DNA of 53,750 nt, taken from the IMG/VR virus record IMGVR_UViG_3300010413_000043, positions 1 to 53,750 of that record, one strand, 5' to 3'. Origin of the DNA: a virus. The notes beneath the pieces were generated by a model that was not told the DNA's origin, did no database searches, and saw only the letters and a program-made list of their open reading frames with translations. This document shows positions 25,626 to 34,379 of this stretch, piece after piece (within the stretch, counting starts at the first letter, position 1; each line of letters opens with the position of its first letter). A program made the translations under genes and the position numbers.

Positions 25626-26322
25626 GATGTTTCCTCTTTTTCATTTCTGCAAGCATTTTATCAATCTCAGCTTGCAAATAATACCACTCGTTAATTGAAA
25701 TTTTCTTCCAATTTATTTCTCTCTTCAATAAATTTGATGTCTGAATAATAGCCTGATTGAATGAAATATTGCCACTTGCAACAGCTTTATTCATTTCACT
25801 ATCTGCAATTCTATTCATATTTATTCTTGTTCTTTCCCTTCTTATTGCAGAATGTACCTTATTAATGCTTTTAATGCTTAGATCTGGTACTGAAATGCCA
25901 TAATATTTAAGATCCTCAATGGTCTGTTTATCATTATATTTCATCAATGAAAATATACTTTCCAACCCGACTAATTTATTTTTTTCTAAAATGCTTTTTT
26001 TTGATTCCTCAATAGCATCTTTAAACTCATCTTTCCCGCTTATCTCATCAAGTTTTTTTGTAATCCTGTCATATAATTGGAGAAGATTACCGGTATCATA
26101 GAAACGAGGAAGTTCTTTAACTTTCAACAAAAACCTATAATCACATTTTTCTATTATTTTAAAGAACCTCCAAGCCGGTAATCTATCTCCATTTATATAA
26201 GGGATAAGCTTTTTATTTTTCCGCTTTATTCTCTTTACTTTCAGCCTCTTTTTTATCAAAAGAAGCTTTAGTAACAACTTTCTCTTTCTTCTCCATGTTA
26301 TCAATCTGTAATTCTTTTCCAT
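25609..26322 (-). CDS. Tail assembly chaperone, T-like extension frame (probably expressed by a frame change from 26213-26506)
   Basis: No Met between residue 1 and about residue 126. The first 36 codons overlap the upstream ORF and read as K/R/L junk. Open in the +1 frame relative to the G-like ORF. Confidence 0.5.
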   Translation of the reverse strand: MEKNYRLITWRRKRKLLLKLLLIKKRLKVKRIKRKNKKLIPYINGDRLPAWRFFKIIEKCDYRFLLKVKELPRFYDTGNLLQLYDRITKKLDEISGKDEFKDAIEESKKSILEKNKLVGLESIFSLMKYNDKQTIEDLKYYGISVPDLSIKSINKVHSAIRRERTRINMNRIADSEMNKAVASGNISFNQAIIQTSNLLKREINWKKISINEWYYLQAEIDKMLAEMKKRKHHAENY

Positions 26323-26506
26323 TTTTATCCCTTATTATCGTTTTGTTTCCTTCAATTTTCACACTTTCAAGTATGTCATTGTGTTTTACAAGGTCCCTTA
26401 ATACTTCATGATAACCAGCTTTAGTTTTCAAAATCACAACTTCAAGTTTCGATTTCTTAGCCAATGCAATTGCCCGGCCTCTTGACATTTTATATTTTAA
26501 ATCCAT
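26213..26506 (-). CDS. Tail assembly chaperone, G-like
   Basis: Small ORF just upstream of the TMP. The listed start at 26512 is TTG. ATG options are 26506 and 26488. Confidence 0.5.
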   Translation of the reverse strand: MDLKYKMSRGRAIALAKKSKLEVVILKTKAGYHEVLRDLVKHNDILESVKIEGNKTIIRDKNGKELQIDNMEKKEKVVTKASFDKKEAESKENKAEK

Positions 26507-26930
26507 CTTCAATTTTTTTTATTATTTGATCTCCTGCATTTCCATCGAGAATTATATCCATTTGTTTATCCTGTATGCCATATATATCTGAACTGTATTT
26601 TTCTTCTAGATTTAACGCTAGAGGTTCACCATCTCTCATCTCATCAGAAGCAATTACCAATTCTCCTGGTATATTTGTCTCAGTGACATATAAGCTTGAG
26701 TAAAAATCTCCTGTTTTATGCAAATCAGGGTTTGAAAAACCTTTCTGCTTTTGAGTTGATTCAGCATATTCCGGAGTAATAAAATCACCGGTACTTAATT
26801 CACCATTTTGCAAATTTTTTCTGTTGGCTTCTGTTATCTCGGACGAATTAGATAACAGAGCCTCAGAAAAAATATCAGGTAAATTGCTACGGATATTCTT
26901 AAAATCTTTAAGTAAATCCTCGAATGGCAT
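26490..26930 (-). CDS. Hypothetical virion-module protein (146 aa)
   Basis: ORF with an ATG at 26930, lying between the tail tube gene and the chaperones. Confidence 0.55.
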   Translation of the reverse strand: MPFEDLLKDFKNIRSNLPDIFSEALLSNSSEITEANRKNLQNGELSTGDFITPEYAESTQKQKGFSNPDLHKTGDFYSSLYVTETNIPGELVIASDEMRDGEPLALNLEEKYSSDIYGIQDKQMDIILDGNAGDQIIKKIEDGFKI

Positions 26931-26934
26931 AATA

Positions 26935-27831
26935 TTAGGCTTCTACGTCAACAATATTACTTTTAACAAGTGGTTCAGCAGTTGATCTCGCTCTTGCCTG
27001 TCCACTTGTCATACCTGCAGAAGTTGCATCGACGCTATATATACCATCGCTGGTTTCAGTAACAGTATAGTCAGTTGTCGGAGTAAGAAGTACACCATCC
27101 TGATCCCAAATATCAAAATCGGCTGCTAATAAACCTGTTGCAGCTGTTTTACTAATTAAATCAGTACCATCAGCATCCTTTTTTCCTGAATTGACGTAAG
27201 TCAATGTTAAAGTAAAAGCATTTGCGGCAATAGCTGATGAAACTGCTGTAATATCAAGTGGGCCTCTTAAATCTTTAGGATCCCATGTTGGATTTAAATA
27301 ATAACCATTTACGTCCAAATCGTCAATATTAGCCTCCTGAATCTGAATCTTTGTTTTTGTTGCTACCTCCGAAGGTGTTGGCAATGGCCATACGTGAAAT
27401 AGATTTGTACTTAAACCCTGGACTGTACCATTTGTATTCTGTTTAAATATCAATGTACCTTTCATGTCTATATAAATAATTGTCCAGTCAATATCATTAT
27501 AAGTACGAGCAATCTTATGTGAAGCTAGTGGCATAATTGCCTCATACATTGCACCTCGTAAACCTTCATAATTAAAGATTTTTTCTTGTGTACTTGTTTC
27601 TTCTACGCTTCCTTCAGTATCTTGATTTTCTACTGAAACAAGTCTTTGAATAGGGAAGATTTTCTGATCTGCTATATATCCGATCACAGTTTCTCTGTCA
27701 GCCAATTCTTGTGCGCTGGCTAACGAGAATCCTGGGGCTAATAATAGCAAACCTTTGTAATTCTGTACCGGATATTTTTTTTCGCATATTTGCGCGATCC
27801 CGGCCACTTCGTTTGCACAATTTAAACTCAT
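26935..27831 (-). CDS. Major tail (tube) protein candidate with a C-terminal Ig-like domain
   Basis: Position upstream of the chaperones and TMP. The C-terminus is T/D/S-rich and beta-like (FTLTLTYVNSGKKDADGTD...YTVTETSDGIYSV). Confidence 0.5.
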   Translation of the reverse strand: MSLNCANEVAGIAQICEKKYPVQNYKGLLLLAPGFSLASAQELADRETVIGYIADQKIFPIQRLVSVENQDTEGSVEETSTQEKIFNYEGLRGAMYEAIMPLASHKIARTYNDIDWTIIYIDMKGTLIFKQNTNGTVQGLSTNLFHVWPLPTPSEVATKTKIQIQEANIDDLDVNGYYLNPTWDPKDLRGPLDITAVSSAIAANAFTLTLTYVNSGKKDADGTDLISKTAATGLLAADFDIWDQDGVLLTPTTDYTVTETSDGIYSVDATSAGMTSGQARARSTAEPLVKSNIVDVEA

Positions 27832-27849
27832 TTTATTATATATTAAAAA

Positions 27850-29955
27850 TTAAACTTCAATTAATTCTACTTCATCTATTTGAATTGTAATATCTCCATA
27901 CTCATCAGCACTTTGAAACCTTAAAGTCAATTGCTTTGCGGCAGTTGGAACAAAAGTATTTGTTTCTATTGTTATACAATTACCGCTATTTATTGGAAAA
28001 TTTTGATCAACAAACGATCCTCCGGATAAATTAAATACAGAAATATTAAGAGCGTTTCCTATAGCCCTATATTTTAATCTTATTTTATATGTATGTCCTG
28101 ATTTATAAAAATTTATCCATTTATCAACAACAGGTGTAATACCAGCATAATTAATATTCATTTCCTGATAATCATCTGAAAACCCGTTTGTAGCCGTTCT
28201 AATTACAAATGTATCAGATCCTATACCCAGCCATTGCAATGTTCTCGCTAAACCAGAGACTAATCCTCCCATTGTGTCAAAATCTGTTGTATCACTTGCT
28301 CCTAAATTCACAATAGCTGATCCGGTATAGTTATAAGTTACTGCCCCTGTTCCGACATCATCGTCAAATTGAAGTGTTCCTGATGTCCTGGCATTAGCTA
28401 AATATAATTTATATGTTCCAACACTTAACTCTGTTATTAATAAAGTACTAAAAGTACCATTATAATCATCAATAAATGTAAATGGTGTTCCTGATACAGC
28501 ATAAGGATATCCTGAGTTAGTCACTTGTACTGTCATTATATGCGCTTCCTCAAAATCAGTAATGGTCAGAGCTATAGCCACTGTGGAACTATATTCTGCC
28601 GTTCCATTATATCTCGTCCCGGAAATAGTAATATCTCCATCTGTAAATCCAGGAGAATCAACAATAACACTATATTGTCCTGACCCTAAATTGTTAAAGG
28701 TATTAATTGTTAAAGCTCCATTAGTGTCATCAATAAATGATATTTCAGATTGTAATAAATTAGTAACCGCAATGATTTCAAGTACATCTGTTACGGAAAA
28801 TTCAATTTGTGTTGAACTTGTAACATTTACGTTGATAATATTTACATTTCTCAATGTTTGATAACTTTCACTATCAGCATAAGAACCATTATCTATTGCA
28901 ATTGTACCAGACCAGAATGATTTATCAGGCAATGTAAGAGTATAAGAACCTGCCGATACTTCTGTTATTATAGCTATAATTGTTCCATTAATATTATCAG
29001 TTAATATAATGTCAGATATAGTAAGACCGGTTATTGCCGTTAGTGTCGAAGCATTACGAAATTTAAAACTAATTTGTGATGTTGTGGCAGTAATATCATA
29101 TATTTCACCTAATATCGAACTAATCGCATAGGCTGCGGAACCATAGTAATTATCCTCATCAATTGCAATTGTTCCGGCAGTCAAATCATCCGATAAACCA
29201 GTTATGTAATAATTACCATCACCATTATCTTTCAATGTTGTATATGTTAATATACCATTTGTTATGTCTGTTATCTGAAATTCCGTTAATCCTTCTATTT
29301 CGAATCTGTAAACTTTATCTGTTACTTTAAAATATAATTCATCAATTGTCCCCGATATATCTGTAATATCAACAAAAATTAGGTTAAGATTGTTAATATT
29401 GAAATCCATCTTTTCAACAATTCCGTAATCATTATACTGTCTTGAATCTTTCAGCTCCACATATACAGGCGTATATGATAATTTAGTATCACCGATAACC
29501 TGATCTTCGATATTAATTAGATTAATTTCAAATCCTTTAATTTCTATTTCATCCGGTGAATATGCTAATACCTGATTGTTTCTGTCAACGAATATAACAT
29601 CAAAATCCTGTTGTGAAAGTGTACGCAAATTCTTATGAAAATAGAATGATACAAAGTATTGTAATTTGAATATATACTTTCCGTTTTTTATGAATATTGC
29701 TGTATCATCTTCCCCAGTATTATATAAAGTTTCCTCGTAATTATCAATTACATTCTTAATATTTAATACCGGTATAATATATCCATCCTTAATAGCCTGT
29801 ATCCATATATTTTCGTTAGTAAAATCATCAATATTACCAAATGAAAATTCAGGAGATACCAGGAACATACTTTTAAATTGTTGTATGTTATTCCTGTTCT
29901 TACATTTAGCAGGCCAACCTGTCGTGGTTTGTATGTTAAATTCTTCAACTATCAC
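27850..29955 (-). CDS. Tail-tube paralogue extended by about 4 Ig-like repeats and a C-terminal jelly-roll (CBM-like) domain
   Basis: The N-terminal 190 aa align by eye with the product of 26935-27831 (SPEFSF/APGFSL, IIPVLNI/IFPIQRL, FHKNLRT..DVIFVD/SHKIART..TIIYID). The only start is GTG at 29955. Confidence 0.45.
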   Translation of the reverse strand: MIVEEFNIQTTTGWPAKCKNRNNIQQFKSMFLVSPEFSFGNIDDFTNENIWIQAIKDGYIIPVLNIKNVIDNYEETLYNTGEDDTAIFIKNGKYIFKLQYFVSFYFHKNLRTLSQQDFDVIFVDRNNQVLAYSPDEIEIKGFEINLINIEDQVIGDTKLSYTPVYVELKDSRQYNDYGIVEKMDFNINNLNLIFVDITDISGTIDELYFKVTDKVYRFEIEGLTEFQITDITNGILTYTTLKDNGDGNYYITGLSDDLTAGTIAIDEDNYYGSAAYAISSILGEIYDITATTSQISFKFRNASTLTAITGLTISDIILTDNINGTIIAIITEVSAGSYTLTLPDKSFWSGTIAIDNGSYADSESYQTLRNVNIINVNVTSSTQIEFSVTDVLEIIAVTNLLQSEISFIDDTNGALTINTFNNLGSGQYSVIVDSPGFTDGDITISGTRYNGTAEYSSTVAIALTITDFEEAHIMTVQVTNSGYPYAVSGTPFTFIDDYNGTFSTLLITELSVGTYKLYLANARTSGTLQFDDDVGTGAVTYNYTGSAIVNLGASDTTDFDTMGGLVSGLARTLQWLGIGSDTFVIRTATNGFSDDYQEMNINYAGITPVVDKWINFYKSGHTYKIRLKYRAIGNALNISVFNLSGGSFVDQNFPINSGNCITIETNTFVPTAAKQLTLRFQSADEYGDITIQIDEVELIEV
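28321..29373 (-). repeat. About 4 tandem 80-aa Ig-like domain repeats (divergent)
   Basis: Recurrent pattern I.F.v.d...i.GLt..dI...D..nG.l......g.G.Y.l....t.GTIAID...Y.gsa.Y across aa 195-545. Confidence 0.55.
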
Positions 29956-30652
29956 AGTTATCAGAGCTCAAAATTTCTAAATTATTTATATTGATATCTA
30001 TACCATCGAGCATATCGTCAAAAATTAATTGCTCGTTCCCTTGAATGCCTTCGACACCCCAATAAAGACGATCATATTTAGAATGATTGATATCTTCTAA
30101 ATAAGCTGCTCTAATGTCAGGACTATAAGCAATACCTTTTAATAGCCTTAAATATATAGGATATAAAATTGGTCTGAATGTATTATCATATCTTTGGCTC
30201 GAATCATACGTCTGATTCGTATAATCCAGTATTATGATCCTTAAATTTGGCACTATATACTCAAGGTCAAAACCTGAAGAATGATTTTCTTCAAAGTCCT
30301 GTAGTAATGCAATTAATGGGTATTTCTTGTATTTATATTCTTGCGATTCTGTCTTTTCATTCAGAACCTTAGAAATATCTTTAGGATGTCCATACAAATA
30401 ATAAGGTGCTAAAGCTGTCCAAGTTTCCCCGGTAAAATCTAAACCTGTTTCGGCTTGAATCGTAAAACCTGTTGCCGTTATATTAGTTATTGTATATTCT
30501 ATACTTGAAATTTCAATAATAGATTCAAATGAAAGCTCGTTCTCAGAGGTTATCTCATATACCCCCGTAGAAATCTCATTTGAACCTGTTATAGTTCCTG
30601 TTAATCTTATAGATTCAACTATACTCTCGAATATGTCAACAAGTATTTTCAT
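29945..30652 (-). CDS. Head-tail joining/tail completion candidate (235 aa)
   Basis: Lies between the capsid and tail tube genes. Assignment is by position only. Confidence 0.3.
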   Translation of the reverse strand: MKILVDIFESIVESIRLTGTITGSNEISTGVYEITSENELSFESIIEISSIEYTITNITATGFTIQAETGLDFTGETWTALAPYYLYGHPKDISKVLNEKTESQEYKYKKYPLIALLQDFEENHSSGFDLEYIVPNLRIIILDYTNQTYDSSQRYDNTFRPILYPIYLRLLKGIAYSPDIRAAYLEDINHSKYDRLYWGVEGIQGNEQLIFDDMLDGIDININNLEILSSDNCDS

Positions 30653-31296
30653 TAAAACCTCATTATGTTTACTTTAGAAATAGGTTCAAATACCCATTCA
30701 TGGTAAGTTGTTTTGTTAGCTAATAGAAAGTTGTAAGCGCTTGATTCCTTATTCCAGTGCAAATAATTACTTGAATCAAGCCAGAAATCACTATAATCTA
30801 CAATTCCATACTTATTAAATAGCTCCCTTTTTCTAGGACTCTTACCGAACAAATCAACACATTTATTATGAGATGCAATTACTTTATTAATCTGGTCCAC
30901 ATTATTAGCATTTTCAAGCTTTGGTTTTGTGGTTCCTATTGTATTAGTTCGGGTTGCTGTTTCGTTTAAATACTGAGAATGCACATAATAAGAAATAAGG
31001 CTCGTTTTATCATCATTTATTAGACCGTTCCAGTAAGTAGTAATTGTATGGTTATTTAATGTGAATGATAGACTTGAACCGTTTATTAACGAATCAAATC
31101 TATCAGGTAATGGAGTCACAGGGTAAGCCTCCCAGGCTGACATTAATAGAGAATACAACTCATAACCAAGCAGCTTAATTAAAATTTTCTTTTCGAATCT
31201 TTCAATTGCTGCATTCACCTCTCCAACTTGATAACTATTACCAACCTGAGGAAGTACTATTTCACCGTTAAAATATGTATTATCTATTAATGCCAT
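30652..31296 (-). CDS. Head-tail connector candidate (214 aa)
   Basis: Lies between the capsid and tail tube genes. Assignment is by position only. Confidence 0.3.
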   Translation of the reverse strand: MALIDNTYFNGEIVLPQVGNSYQVGEVNAAIERFEKKILIKLLGYELYSLLMSAWEAYPVTPLPDRFDSLINGSSLSFTLNNHTITTYWNGLINDDKTSLISYYVHSQYLNETATRTNTIGTTKPKLENANNVDQINKVIASHNKCVDLFGKSPRKRELFNKYGIVDYSDFWLDSSNYLHWNKESSAYNFLLANKTTYHEWVFEPISKVNIMRF

Positions 31297-31328
31297 TTTG
31301 AAATGATTAAATGAGTTTTAAACCCCTA

Positions 31329-31565
31329 TTATTTTTTAAATTTTGCATAGACTTCTTTCAAGAAATCCTCAGCATCTTTTTCAGATTTAGCTTTTTTAGA
31401 AGCGTTCACCTTACCACGAGGTTTAAGTGATTTTAGTCCGGAGTGAGCTTTTACAAATTCATCCTCAGTTTTATACTTTTTTATCTGATCAGGAAACCAA
31501 GTTATTCCTTTATATTCTACACCTTCCAATTTTTTTGCCGGTGTACCTACTTTTTTTACTGCCAT
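31329..31565 (-). CDS. Lysine-rich hypothetical protein (78 aa)
   Basis: ORF with an ATG at 31565, just downstream of the capsid gene. Confidence 0.5.
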   Translation of the reverse strand: MAVKKVGTPAKKLEGVEYKGITWFPDQIKKYKTEDEFVKAHSGLKSLKPRGKVNASKKAKSEKDAEDFLKEVYAKFKK

Positions 31566-31601
31566 TTGTTTTATTTTTTAATTAATACTTTTTTTTGTGA
31601 A

Positions 31602-31628
31602 GGGAAAAGGCTATTAAAACCTTTTCCC
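31602..31628 (-). other. Strong 9-bp hairpin after the capsid gene (no U-run)
   Basis: GGGAAAAGG(31602-31610)/CCTTTTCCC(31620-31628) with a 9-nt loop. Neither strand has a trailing T-run. Confidence 0.6.
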
Positions 31629-31658
31629 ATATATGCTAAAAATTAATATTATGGCCAA

Positions 31659-33422
31659 TTATGCGGCTGTAATGTCTGCAATAGCATCGGCAAAACGACC
31701 GTATATAAACCAATAAGGATTGTATTTTGGTAAAATGAATTCCTCTTCTACAATGAAAGTAATCTGATTTTTAGCTGCATCCGTGGTATCCTCATAAGCC
31801 TTAATAGTAAGGGAAGTATACTCTGATAGAGCAACAGCCATTTGAAAATCACCTACTAAGAATTGGCCAGCTGGCATAAATGTGCTTGTCACAATTGGCA
31901 ATCCATTCACTGTAATTCTTCCGAAAGCATCACGGGCTACACCCACATATTGATCATCAGTAGCTTTGATTAATCCCATTTTATCAAGATCGGCAGGATT
32001 AATAACAATACCAGTTGCCATATATTCACCTGTCTGTAAAAGAGATTTTGAAACCACTAAAACGTCATAAATTTGTGGATTTTGGACGGCTAAATACCAA
32101 GTACTTGAACCGGTTGCCACCCAGTTTGCAACGGTTTCACCACCAACATAATCAACATTGATAATTATATTATAAGCATCAACAATTATAGATGTAAATT
32201 CTGCCGCATAACTGGCATCAGTATTACCGGCTGTAATTTCGAAAGTATCACCATTTCTTAGTCCGTGAGGATTAGTAAAAGTTACTTGAGTGGCATCACC
32301 CGATGTTAAAATTGTGGCCTCTGCATAAGCAGAAATTGCACCTGCTGTATAATCTACAGGGGTGAGATCGAAGGTTTGAGCATCTTTTACCAAACCATCT
32401 ACATTATCACCTTCGCCATCGCCAAAAAGAATTTGATAATCTTCTTTATTTCTAATGAAATTAGGCAATTTCTGTCCTAAATAAGATACTAACCATCGTA
32501 AACCATTAGTTTTAATATACCTTTTTGAAAGAGGAAGTTTCCCAGCAATACGGCTAATAGTCCATGTATTTTCTCGTGTTTTGAACCCGATATCTTGTGC
32601 CTCATCATTTTCACCAAGCACATCAAAACCACCTGTTAAAGCATCAGTGTAATCATATACCTCAGGTGCTGTTATTTGTGTGCTTGTAGTTGTGTCAACT
32701 GGCATAAGATCCCTAATGTGCATTTGTCGCATTGGGGTATCCCTAACATTCATGCGAGGTTCAGTAATAAAAATACTTCCTGTATGATCTACAGATACAG
32801 AAACAGTTTTCTCTCGTTGTTCATCAGTAAGTGCATCAGCATTTACCAATGTACCATCTTTTAACATGGTTTTCTTTTCGAAAGCACCTTTGCCACCATC
32901 ATTTAACCAGGCTTTAAAATCGTCTGAATTTACATAGTTCTTAATAAGCTCTTTTACCATGTCTTTATTTTGACCTGATATAATAGGCTCATTATCCCTT
33001 TTTTCTGAAATCTTTTTGATCTCAAGGCCATGCTTTTGAAGAATCTCATTCATTTCTTTGAGCTTTCCGGACACATTTTCATCATCTTTCAACTCTCCGA
33101 TTTGCTTTCCGAAAGCATCCTCTAAAGTTTTTAACTTCTTAGTAACATCCTCAGCAATTTCATTTAGTTTACTAGCCTCAACAAACTTATCTTTCCCAGG
33201 AATAGTTTTTTTCAATTCCTCAATAGTATCATTTATACCTTTTAAAGATTCCTCAATTGTGGCTTTAGTTTCCTTTTTAATTTTGGTCAAAAGTTCATCT
33301 GTTGATCCTGATCCCTCTTCTAGGGCACTTACTGTTCTAATTGCCATTATTATAGGCAACATAAAGGCAAATAATAAATTAAAAATGCCCCTTCTTTTGT
33401 TTGAAAAAAATTGTTTATACAT
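31659..33422 (-). CDS. Major capsid protein (HK97-fold type) with an N-terminal coiled-coil delta/scaffold-like region
   Basis: 587 aa immediately after a U35-type protease. Residues 40-140 form a K/E coiled coil like the HK97 gp5 delta domain. The C-terminal 400 aa are capsid-like. Confidence 0.7.
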   Translation of the reverse strand: MYKQFFSNKRRGIFNLLFAFMLPIIMAIRTVSALEEGSGSTDELLTKIKKETKATIEESLKGINDTIEELKKTIPGKDKFVEASKLNEIAEDVTKKLKTLEDAFGKQIGELKDDENVSGKLKEMNEILQKHGLEIKKISEKRDNEPIISGQNKDMVKELIKNYVNSDDFKAWLNDGGKGAFEKKTMLKDGTLVNADALTDEQREKTVSVSVDHTGSIFITEPRMNVRDTPMRQMHIRDLMPVDTTTSTQITAPEVYDYTDALTGGFDVLGENDEAQDIGFKTRENTWTISRIAGKLPLSKRYIKTNGLRWLVSYLGQKLPNFIRNKEDYQILFGDGEGDNVDGLVKDAQTFDLTPVDYTAGAISAYAEATILTSGDATQVTFTNPHGLRNGDTFEITAGNTDASYAAEFTSIIVDAYNIIINVDYVGGETVANWVATGSSTWYLAVQNPQIYDVLVVSKSLLQTGEYMATGIVINPADLDKMGLIKATDDQYVGVARDAFGRITVNGLPIVTSTFMPAGQFLVGDFQMAVALSEYTSLTIKAYEDTTDAAKNQITFIVEEEFILPKYNPYWFIYGRFADAIADITAA

Positions 33423-33440
33423 CTTTTTAAATTTTAGTTG

Positions 33441-34268
33441 TTATCTCAATTTGAAGTTGTCCGTTAAATACTTATAATTAATCTTAGTGGTTAAAACCGG
33501 CTCTGATTTAGTCTGAGTGGTCAAACTCGGCTCAAACTTGTTATTATCAAGCGTAGGAGTCATTATATTAGATCCCAAAGGTACGGCACTCCCTTCAATT
33601 ACTTTTGCTTCAGTTACCGCAAAGAAATAACCTTTCTCATCGGCTCTTTCTTTATTTGCGATTTTATCATAGTATTTATTCCATACTGAAAATTCCTCTT
33701 TATAATCCTCATTATTCACAGCAAGAAATAATTTAACGTATCTCATGCCGACAGAATGATTTTTAACCCATCCATTAGAATATTGCTCCCACATATATTC
33801 ATTTCTTTTTCTCTTAACAAGAGAATCAAAAATTAATAATTGTGTGGTACCTGGAATATTCAATCCTAATTCTTTCCATTCGTAGTTTTTTGTGTATGCC
33901 CGTAAATCCTCACCATCCGATATTATATTCTTATATGCCATCACATGCTCCTGTAAATGCATTAGCATATTACTTTCTGATAGTGATTTTTTCCAAATAC
34001 CAGGTAGATGTACATCATCATGCGAGTCCATCCAATTTGTTGAATTAATTGCAGCTAATACCCGTAATTCATCAGAAGGATTATCAATCTTACTATTTGC
34101 CTTAATAGCTCCTTCTTTGCCTTGAATATAAAGTATACCTCCATGATTTAAGCCATCAGCAAATTTTAAGCTCTCTTTTTTAAGCTTAATAATCTTAGTT
34201 TTATTCTCGATTAAGAATTCAATCTTTTCTTCTTTTGTCTCAAATTGAGGTATTATCAAATCTTCCAT
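33441..34268 (-). CDS. Prohead protease (HK97 / peptidase U35-S78 family)
   Basis: MDSHDDVHLPGIWKKSL and VTEAKVIEGSAVPLGSN resemble U35 motifs. Lies between the portal and capsid genes. Confidence 0.7.
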   Translation of the reverse strand: MEDLIIPQFETKEEKIEFLIENKTKIIKLKKESLKFADGLNHGGILYIQGKEGAIKANSKIDNPSDELRVLAAINSTNWMDSHDDVHLPGIWKKSLSESNMLMHLQEHVMAYKNIISDGEDLRAYTKNYEWKELGLNIPGTTQLLIFDSLVKRKRNEYMWEQYSNGWVKNHSVGMRYVKLFLAVNNEDYKEEFSVWNKYYDKIANKERADEKGYFFAVTEAKVIEGSAVPLGSNIMTPTLDNNKFEPSLTTQTKSEPVLTTKINYKYLTDNFKLR

Positions 34269-34274
34269 AGCTGA

Positions 34275-34379
34275 CTATTTTAATATTTTTTTATCAAGCA
34301 ATTTTGCCTTTTTCTCAATTGCTTTAGCGAGTTCATCATCGCCTTTATTCTTTGCTTTATTGATTGTTGTTTTGTCCAT
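34275..34379 (-). CDS. Possible 34-aa basic micro-ORF
   Basis: MDKTTINKAKNKGDDELAKAIEKKAKLLDKKILK. It fills the portal-protease gap and overlaps the portal 3' end by 23 nt. Confidence 0.2.
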   Translation of the reverse strand: MDKTTINKAKNKGDDELAKAIEKKAKLLDKKILK

